Shown: piece after piece, positions 16,999 through 24,605 of the stretch | Numbering within the stretch: the stretch's first letter is position 1 | How the letters are laid out: the number at the start of each line of letters is the position of its first letter | Source: an uncultured Prevotellaceae bacterium | GTDB taxonomy: Bacteria; Bacteroidota; Bacteroidia; Bacteroidales; Bacteroidaceae | Assembly (NCBI GenBank): GCA_947306605.1 | Contig: CAMZHB010000001.1 | Span: forward strand, 1 to 24,605 | Direction: 5' to 3' | DNA: 24,605 bases | Made by a program: the position numbers and the translations under genes | Notes under the pieces: model-generated | What the model saw: the letters and a program-made list of their open reading frames with translations, nothing else | Database searches by the model: none | What the model was told of the DNA's origin: nothing

Positions 16999-18696
16999 AT
17001 GACGGACAAGAGCATAAAGAAGGTTCTGCTGCTCGGCAGCGGAGCATTGAAGATTGGACAGGCGGGCGAGTTCGACTATTCCGGTTCGCAAGCTTTGAAA
17101 GCCTTGAAAGAAGAAGGCATACATACCATTCTCATCAACCCCAACATCGCCACGGTCCAGACATCGAAGGGCGTGGCCGACACCGTGTATTTCCTTCCCG
17201 TGCGGACAGACTTTGTGGAACGCATCATCGAGAAAGAACGGCCCGACGGCATACTGCTGTCGTTCGGCGGACAAACGGCCTTGAACTGCGGTGTGGAACT
17301 GTACAGGCAAGGCATACTCGACAAATACCATGTGCAAGTGCTGGGAACGCCAGTGCAGGCCATCAACGACACCGAAGACCGCGACCTTTTTGTGAAACGA
17401 CTGGACGAGATTGGTGTAAAAACCATCAGCAGCCAGGCTTGCAGCAACATCGAAGAGGTGAGGCAGGCTGCCGCCGAACTGGGATTTCCCGTCATTCTCC
17501 GCGCCGCCTACGCCTTGGGAGGACTGGGTTCCGGGTTCTGCGACAACGAGGAAGAACTGTCCTTACAGGCTGAAGAGGCCTTCTCGTTTTCGCCACAGGT
17601 ACTGGTGGAAAAGTCTCTGAAAGGTTGGAAAGAGATAGAGTATGAAGTAGTGCGCGACCGCTACGACAACTGCATCACCGTGTGCAACATGGAGAACTTT
17701 GACCCGTTGGGCATCCATACAGGCGAGTCCATCGTGGTTGCTCCTTCGCAGACGCTCAGCAATGCCGAATACCACAAATTGCGCGCCCTCGCCATCAAGA
17801 TTATCCGTCACATCGGCATCGTGGGCGAGTGCAACGTGCAATACGCCCTTGACCCGCAGTCGGAGGACTATCGTGTCATTGAGGTTAACGCGCGCTTGTC
17901 GAGGTCGTCGGCCTTGGCATCGAAGGCCACAGGCTATCCCCTGGCCTTCGTCGCCGCCAAACTCGGACTGGGTTACGGATTGTTTGAATTGAAAAACTCG
18001 GTCACGAAGACCACGTCGGCTTTTTTCGAGCCGGCCCTCGACTACGTGGTATGCAAGATACCCCGTTGGGACCTTTCGAAGTTCCACGGCGTGAACCACC
18101 AGCTCGGCTCGTCCATGAAAAGTGTCGGCGAGGTCATGGCCATCGGGCGCACTTTTGAGGAAGCCCTGCAGAAAGGGCTGCGCATGATCGGTCAGGGCAT
18201 GCACGGTTTCGTGGAGAACAAGGTGCTGCGTGTCGACGACATGGAGGACGCCCTGCTTCACGCCACCGACAATCGCATTTTCGTCATATCCAAAGCCATG
18301 CAGATGGGTTACACCCTGGAACAGATTCACCGGCTGACCATGATTGACCTCTGGTTCCTGCAAAAGCTGAAACATGTGGTTGACATCGACCTGCGGCTAC
18401 GCGAGTTCGCCTCGTTCATGAGTTTTGCCGGGTCCATGGAGCGCACGGAACTCATGGAATGCTTCGAAACACCGGAGTTCGTCGGGTTGTTGCGCGAAGC
18501 CAAGGTCTACGGTTTCTCCGATTTCCAAATAGCGCGGGCCGTCGGTCTGGGAACCGTCATGGGCATGGAACAGGCCATGCTCCTCGTCCGGGAATGGCGG
18601 AAAGAGTGCGGCATACTTCCCGTAGTCAACCAGATAGACACCCTGGCCGCCGAATATCCCGCACAGACAAACTACCTCTACCTGTCGTATTTGTAA
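16999..18696 (+). CDS. carB: Carbamoyl-phosphate synthase large subunit, N-terminal half only (565 aa; truncated or split)
   Basis: [54 protein letters not shown] and [11 protein letters not shown]. Stops at [20 protein letters not shown], where full-length CarB (about 1070 aa) continues into its second ATP-grasp half. Confidence 0.92.
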   Translation: MTDKSIKKVLLLGSGALKIGQAGEFDYSGSQALKALKEEGIHTILINPNIATVQTSKGVADTVYFLPVRTDFVERIIEKERPDGILLSFGGQTALNCGVELYRQGILDKYHVQVLGTPVQAINDTEDRDLFVKRLDEIGVKTISSQACSNIEEVRQAAAELGFPVILRAAYALGGLGSGFCDNEEELSLQAEEAFSFSPQVLVEKSLKGWKEIEYEVVRDRYDNCITVCNMENFDPLGIHTGESIVVAPSQTLSNAEYHKLRALAIKIIRHIGIVGECNVQYALDPQSEDYRVIEVNARLSRSSALASKATGYPLAFVAAKLGLGYGLFELKNSVTKTTSAFFEPALDYVVCKIPRWDLSKFHGVNHQLGSSMKSVGEVMAIGRTFEEALQKGLRMIGQGMHGFVENKVLRVDDMEDALLHATDNRIFVISKAMQMGYTLEQIHRLTMIDLWFLQKLKHVVDIDLRLREFASFMSFAGSMERTELMECFETPEFVGLLREAKVYGFSDFQIARAVGLGTVMGMEQAMLLVREWRKECGILPVVNQIDTLAAEYPAQTNYLYLSYL

Positions 18697-18747
18697 ATTC
18701 CCGGCACATCACGAGAATTATATTCGGCAGTGATGTACATTGAAAAA

Positions 18748-18806
18748 CAAAGGCGGCGTCTCTAACTTTTGAGACGCCGCCTTTGCGCGCAGAAATCCGA
18801 CCTTTG
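18748..18806 (+). repeat. 21-bp-phased box array, copy 5 (3 boxes, third degenerate)
   Basis: Boxes AAGGCGGCGTCTC 18750, GAGACGCCGCCTT 18771 and GAAATCCGACCTT 18792. Perfect 15-bp stem CAAAGGCGGCGTCTC/GAGACGCCGCCTTTG with an 8-nt loop. Confidence 0.85.
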
Positions 18807-18852
18807 TCAGAAAAAGAGCATACATTTTAAAGCGGAAGAAACAGCCTGACAT

Positions 18853-18883
18853 TTTGACATATCAGCAAAAGGTTGTAACTTTG
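18853..18883 (+). promoter_or_regulatory. Canonical sigmaA promoter of the AlkD-like gene
   Basis: TTTG(18853-18856)-N19-TAACTTTG(18876-18883). The ATG follows only 7 nt later. Confidence 0.8.
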
Positions 18884-18890
18884 TGTCCGT

Positions 18891-19568
18891 ATGGAAGATT
18901 TTGACTTGCAATCGTGGATTGCCGAACATAGCGACGCCGACGTGCTCGAACGCCTGCTCGACGCCGGAGCCCTCAGAGTTTCGGGCGTGCCGAGGGGAGC
19001 GTTGGCCGAATTGGCACGCGAATGGAGCCGGCGCCACGACTGGAAAACTGCGGCCGACTCCCTGGGAAACACCTACGAGGAAGCCGTGCTGCAGGCCATG
19101 GTCTACGGCGAAGCGTCGAAGGGCAACCAGACCACGCTCAAATGGCTGGCACGTTTCCTGAAACAGGTGGACAACGTGCCGCTCTGCGACGCCACCGCCC
19201 TTGCCTGCTCCTTTGCCGTGCGCCGGCCGGACGAAACGCTCGAGTTCGTGACCAACCGTCTCAACGACACGGCTCCCTTCATCCAACGCTTTGCCATCAT
19301 GGTGCTGATGGACCACTACATGACAGGCGACCGCCTCAACCGCACACTGGAACTCTACGGCACCGTCAAGCCCCACTCACCCGAAGCGGAACAAGCGCTG
19401 GTGAAAGGTTACACGGCAGCATTTCTCAACAGCCCGGCCCGCACCCGCGAAGCCCTGTTGCACGACCGGCGGCCTGCAGACGACTTCAACCGCCTGCTCG
19501 ACGCCATGCTGCAATCGCCGCGCCTCACACCGCCCCTGCAAGAGACCTTGGCAGAGATAAAGCGCTAA
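18891..19568 (+). CDS. Divergent AlkD-like HEAT-repeat protein (DNA alkylation repair family)
   Basis: The pattern GV....L..LA..., YEE..LQ.M, F...VDN...CD, RFA.MVL and the terminal S.R is colinear with the AlkD family; 225 aa. Confidence 0.68.
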   Translation: MEDFDLQSWIAEHSDADVLERLLDAGALRVSGVPRGALAELAREWSRRHDWKTAADSLGNTYEEAVLQAMVYGEASKGNQTTLKWLARFLKQVDNVPLCDATALACSFAVRRPDETLEFVTNRLNDTAPFIQRFAIMVLMDHYMTGDRLNRTLELYGTVKPHSPEAEQALVKGYTAAFLNSPARTREALLHDRRPADDFNRLLDAMLQSPRLTPPLQETLAEIKR

Positions 19569-19583
19569 AACTGACACCTGATT

Positions 19584-20465
19584 ATGACCATAAGATTAGA
19601 ACGACCCGAAGATTACCGCGAGGTGGAGAACCTCACACGCGAAGCTTTCTGGAACGTTTACCGTCCCGGATGCACGGAACACTATGTGCTCAACCAATAC
19701 AGGACAAATGACGACTTCATTCCCGAACTTGACTTTGTGATGGAAGAAGACGGCCAAATCATAGGGCACGTGATGTACTCCAAAGCAGAAATCATCCTTG
19801 AAGACGGCAACCGTTTCCCGGCATGGACCTTCGGACCCATCAGCATCCGCCCCGACTACAAGCGCAAAGGCTACGGTCTGGAATTACTGAATTATTCACT
19901 CAAAAAAGCCAAAGAAACGGGCATCGGCATGCTGTGCATGGAAGGAAACATCGACTTTTACCGCCATGCCGGTTTCGACCTTGCCAGCAAACTGAAGATA
20001 CACTACCATGCCGAGCCCAAAGAGGCCGAAGTGCCATACTTCCTTGCCCAAGAACTCACACCGGGCTACTTGAACGGCATCGAAGGCACCTACTGCCCTC
20101 CCAAAGGCTATTTCGTTGCCAACGAACAGCCCGAAGCCTATGAAGCCTACGAGGCAACCTTTCCCAAAAAAGAGAAAGCTTTCCAACCCGGCCAGCTCCC
20201 GCAGTTCTGCCAGAGCTGCGGAATGCCGCTGACCCGCGCTGAAGATTGCGGCACCGATGCCGACGGCAACACCTGCTTCGACTACTGCCGTTACTGCTAT
20301 CAGGGCGGACAGTTCCTGCAAGACTGCACCATGGACGAAATGATTGAACACTGCGCCCAGTTTGTGGACGAGGTCAACAAGAATATGCCCAAACCGATGA
20401 CGAAGGAAGAGTACAAGCAGATGATGCGACAGTATTTCCCTGACCTAAAACGTTGGAAGAAATGA
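19584..20465 (+). CDS. GNAT N-acetyltransferase fused to a C-terminal zinc-ribbon domain
   Basis: IRLERPEDYREVENLTREAFW, IIGHVMY, GPISIRPDYKRKGYG; C-terminal FCQSCGMPL...DYCRYCY...CTMDEMIEHC. Confidence 0.88.
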   Translation: MTIRLERPEDYREVENLTREAFWNVYRPGCTEHYVLNQYRTNDDFIPELDFVMEEDGQIIGHVMYSKAEIILEDGNRFPAWTFGPISIRPDYKRKGYGLELLNYSLKKAKETGIGMLCMEGNIDFYRHAGFDLASKLKIHYHAEPKEAEVPYFLAQELTPGYLNGIEGTYCPPKGYFVANEQPEAYEAYEATFPKKEKAFQPGQLPQFCQSCGMPLTRAEDCGTDADGNTCFDYCRYCYQGGQFLQDCTMDEMIEHCAQFVDEVNKNMPKPMTKEEYKQMMRQYFPDLKRWKK

Positions 20466-20809
20466 GAAAGATGATTGCTTTTTGTGGGTTGGACTGTGAG
20501 AAGTGCGATGCTTACATTGCCACCAAGACTGACAACCAAGCACTGCGCGAGAAAACTGCAAAGCTATGGGCCGAGTTGAACAATGCTCCTATCCTTCCTG
20601 AGCATATCAATTGTGAGGGTTGTCGTATGGGTGGAGCGAAAACTATATTCTGCAGTACCTTGTGCGAGATCCGAAAGTGCGTGAAAAGCAAAGGATTCGA
20701 GACCTGTGGCAATTGCCCCGACAAGGACACCTGCCCCAAAATTGCACCAATCTGGCAGTCGAGTCCCCAAGCGAGGAAGAATCTGGAAGAAGCAAAAGCA
20801 GATGCATAG
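20462..20809 (+). CDS. DUF3795 family Cys-rich (probable Fe-S or Zn-binding) protein
   Basis: IAFCGLDCEKC...CEGCR...C...CEIRKC......ETCGNC....C. The ATG at 20462 overlaps the upstream TGA. Confidence 0.85.
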   Translation: MRKMIAFCGLDCEKCDAYIATKTDNQALREKTAKLWAELNNAPILPEHINCEGCRMGGAKTIFCSTLCEIRKCVKSKGFETCGNCPDKDTCPKIAPIWQSSPQARKNLEEAKADA

Positions 20810-21466
20810 ATGAAACAGGAAATCAATCCCAAAGACACCAGTCGGGTGCAGGCATTCGAACTTTGGATGAAGTCACCTATGCCGATGGTGACGCTCACGA
20901 AGACGATTGATGTGACGCGACTATATAAAGTGAGTCGGCGGCGAGGACTGAAGTTCAACATGCTCCTGTGCTGGTGCATCGGGCGTGCTGCCAGCAGGAT
21001 TGACGAGTTCCACCTGTTGCCATCGCAGGGCAAACTATACAAGTACGACCGCCTTGCCATCAACGTGATAGTAAACAATAAAGAAGGCGGCATCTGCTCA
21101 TGCGATATTCCTTATACGGATGATATGGAGCAGTTCGGACAAGATTATATGGCCCTAACACAGTCTGCCAGTACGTCATGCCAGAGTTCCTTCATAGATG
21201 GTGCAATGGTAATTGGCACATCCGCGATGGTTGAGACGGAACTTGACTGCATCGTCAATCAATATACCGATCAGTTCTGTAATCCGATGGTAATGTGGGG
21301 CCGCTACCGCAAAGGCTGGTTGAGGATGACCTTACCCATTTCCTTTCAATTCCATCATGTACAGATGGACGGCGGACAGGCCGCCCGATTCTTGGAAGAA
21401 CTTCAAAAGGCAATCAATACAATATGTGATGGAAACAGAAAGAATAACCTTGCGGCCCTGGCGTGA
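20810..21466 (+). CDS. CatA-like O-acetyltransferase (chloramphenicol acetyltransferase fold)
   Basis: MVTLTKTIDVT, WGRY and LPISFQFHHVQMDG (compare CAT HHAVCDG). The ATG immediately follows the upstream TAG. Confidence 0.82.
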   Translation: MKQEINPKDTSRVQAFELWMKSPMPMVTLTKTIDVTRLYKVSRRRGLKFNMLLCWCIGRAASRIDEFHLLPSQGKLYKYDRLAINVIVNNKEGGICSCDIPYTDDMEQFGQDYMALTQSASTSCQSSFIDGAMVIGTSAMVETELDCIVNQYTDQFCNPMVMWGRYRKGWLRMTLPISFQFHHVQMDGGQAARFLEELQKAINTICDGNRKNNLAALA

Positions 21467-21569
21467 CAGCGATGTTGAAACTCTCTTCAAGTATGCCTCC
21501 GACCCTGAAATCGGGCCACGGGCAGGATGGCCGCCCCATCAGAGTGCTAATGGAATTGTAAACTATTAA
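21429..21569 (+). pseudogene. Truncated RimJ/RimL-type GNAT acetyltransferase remnant
   Basis: METERITLRPWRDSDVETLFKYASDPEIGPRAGWPPHQS is a typical N-terminus of this family. Similarity ends there and a stop follows 7 codons later (46 aa total). Confidence 0.8.
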
Positions 21570-21574
21570 TCGTA

Positions 21575-22660
21575 ATGAGAATAAAATCGTATCTGCTCTG
21601 TCTTATTCTACTTGGCGTTGTCACCGGCACCAGCGGACAGACGTTCCCGCTACAACCCGTGCCGGCAGACAGTGTGAGTGTGGAAGGTTTTTTCTGGCAT
21701 GACCAAATGAAATATGTTACCGACAAGTGGCCGCAACTCCAACCCAAAAGCATCGAGATCACAGCGAAGAACCTGAAGAAAATTCCCTCACTCACCAAAC
21801 AATGGCAAAAACTCATGCTCAAAGCCTCACCCACGGGTATTGACAACGGAAACGTAAAAGCCACCTGCCGTTTCGTCGAGTTGTGTCTCCGGTTGGCGCA
21901 GCTAACTGGAGACAGCCGTTACACCTGTGCCGCCGAGCAAATGCTTGTCAATGCTTTGTGCCAGCAGAGTGACCCTTTGGCCGGGCGCACATTGCTCAAT
22001 CTGCCAGAGAATATCTACGCCACGAGCGGCAATCATCTATTTGTGAATTTTCCCATACGCAGCAGTGCCCACATAACAACACCCGACCTCGACGTGAAAC
22101 TGCGATGTGTCACAAGTTCACCGTGGTTCAACGACGAATACATTCTGTGGCTCAATTTCGGTGGAAAACAGCGTCACATGACGCTTCATCTGCGCCTGCC
22201 CTCATGGATGGACACTGAGGAACTGACAGCCTACCGTGTCGACCGCCTGCCAAAACTGAAGCAGGTAAAGACGGCCGACGGACTCATCCTTAGCCCACAC
22301 GTAGAAAACGGTTTCCTGATAATTGAAAAAGAATGGTGCGATTCCGACTACGTGGGCATACAGATAAACACGCCCATCTACCGCATCAGCGACCCGGTGC
22401 GTCCTAGTTTTGTGGCATTCCAAAAAGGCAGTGTGCTTTACCGTCTGCTTAACTTGCCGGCCGGCATGAGCGTCCGCCCAAAAGACGCGGTGCACTCCGA
22501 ATTTGATGCCGATCGTCACACCAACGTGCTCTCAGCACCTTACTATGATGCCAACGGAAACCAGACTGGCACCTTCATGGCAGAGCCTTATCTTTTCCAC
22601 AGAGCAGACGGACCGGGAAACGTCTATGTACCGAAAGAACCCGTTCCGACACATAACTGA
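21575..22660 (+). CDS. Secreted, internally deleted GH127-like protein
   Basis: Signal peptide, then PLQPVP..SV.V...FW, RLAQLTGDSRY, NLPENIYA...LFVN, TSSPW, LHLRLPSW, GFLIIEKEW..SD and KGSVLY. These match the GH127 N-terminus, last barrel helices and C-terminal beta domains, but the protein is only 361 aa. Confidence 0.65.
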   Translation: MRIKSYLLCLILLGVVTGTSGQTFPLQPVPADSVSVEGFFWHDQMKYVTDKWPQLQPKSIEITAKNLKKIPSLTKQWQKLMLKASPTGIDNGNVKATCRFVELCLRLAQLTGDSRYTCAAEQMLVNALCQQSDPLAGRTLLNLPENIYATSGNHLFVNFPIRSSAHITTPDLDVKLRCVTSSPWFNDEYILWLNFGGKQRHMTLHLRLPSWMDTEELTAYRVDRLPKLKQVKTADGLILSPHVENGFLIIEKEWCDSDYVGIQINTPIYRISDPVRPSFVAFQKGSVLYRLLNLPAGMSVRPKDAVHSEFDADRHTNVLSAPYYDANGNQTGTFMAEPYLFHRADGPGNVYVPKEPVPTHN

Positions 22661-22704
22661 CAAAATCGCACTTTTAGAGTATCCAAGTTGACTTCAAAAT
22701 GTAT

Positions 22705-22720
22705 TGGCACGCTTTTTGCT
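22705..22720 (+). promoter_or_regulatory. sigma54 (RpoN)-type -24/-12 promoter upstream of groESL
   Basis: TGGCACG-CTTT-TTGCT matches the consensus TGGCACG-N4-TTGCW, with GG-N10-GC spacing. Lies 56 nt upstream of the groES ATG. Confidence 0.72.
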
Positions 22721-22776
22721 TACTTTTTGGTGCGTTCAACAAAGAACAAAGTAAAACATAAAAATAATACGTAATT

Positions 22777-23049
22777 ATGAACATTCAACCATTAGCAGAC
22801 AGAGTTCTGATTACTCCGGCTCCAGCCGAAGAAAAGACAGTGGGCGGCATCATCATTCCCGACACCGCCAAAGAGAAACCCCTTCAAGGCACCGTTGTGG
22901 CCGTAGGTGAAGGCAAGAAAGACGAACCCATGATTTTAAAGGCCGGCGACACCGTACTCTACGGTAAATATGCAGGCACTGAAATCGAATACGACGGCGA
23001 GAAATACCTCGTGATGCGTCAGAGCGACGTCGTAGCTATCCTTAAGTAA
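22777..23049 (+). CDS. groES: Co-chaperonin GroES
   Basis: [29 protein letters not shown] and [13 protein letters not shown]. Confidence 0.98.
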   Translation: MNIQPLADRVLITPAPAEEKTVGGIIIPDTAKEKPLQGTVVAVGEGKKDEPMILKAGDTVLYGKYAGTEIEYDGEKYLVMRQSDVVAILK

Positions 23050-23061
23050 TAATCCTTTTAA

Positions 23062-24605
<1,544 letters not shown>

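Larger units (their letters stand above)
19569..21550 (+). mobile_element. Putative non-autonomous inserted gene cassette block
   Basis: Lower GC than the AlkD-like gene (sampled lines about 42-52% versus about 63%). Genes abut or overlap and the last gene is truncated. Imperfect direct repeats AGCGCTAA (19561-19568) and AGTGCTAA (21543-21550) mark both junctions. No recombinase gene is present. Confidence 0.5.

Noticed and set aside
18690-18743. Alternative frame [17 protein letters not shown] as a frameshifted continuation of CarB
   Set aside because: Only a vague IIFGS ~ VVLGS likeness. The frame stops at 18743 and no GAYRIG/EFDW motif follows.
21542-21550. GAGTGCTAA, a perfect right arm of the CIRCE element, about 1.2 kb upstream of groES
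   Set aside because: There is no left arm (TTAGCACTC) at the N9 spacing and it is far from groES. A single 9-mer is not unexpected in 24.6 kb. It is better explained as the cassette junction.
22684-22700. CAAGTTGACTTCAAAAT resembling a B box upstream of groES
   Set aside because: It has a 2-bp rather than 3-bp core, is a single copy, and has no phased neighbours.

Overview
Chromosomal segment of a high-GC Bacteroidales bacterium, probably Prevotellaceae-like. This is inferred from the short Bacteroidetes-type RpoD, the TAnnTTTG promoters and the Prevotella-like GroEL and CarB. Gene order: 5'-partial multimodular GH31 (+); NUDIX, queA, rpoD (-); DUF2027-Smr protein and fasciclin lipoprotein (+); tandem DUF1080 lipoprotein and reverse rubrerythrin (-); a lower-GC purF-like, asnB, carA, carB' block in which CarB stops at half length (+); a divergent AlkD-like gene; a ~2 kb cassette (GNAT-Zn ribbon, DUF3795, CatA-like, truncated GNAT); a shrunken GH127-like gene; groES and 3'-partial groEL (+). 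The strongest unexplained signal is non-coding. Five intergenic regions carry arrays of 3-4 quasi-palindromic 13-bp boxes (GAAAC-N3-GTTTC or GAAGT-N3-ACTTC types) at an exact 21-bp period. A separate 84-bp tandem hairpin repeat supplies the rubrerythrin promoter and has the same box at its apex. groESL is preceded by a perfect sigma54 -24/-12 motif. All family assignments come from motif recognition by eye and no database searches were run.
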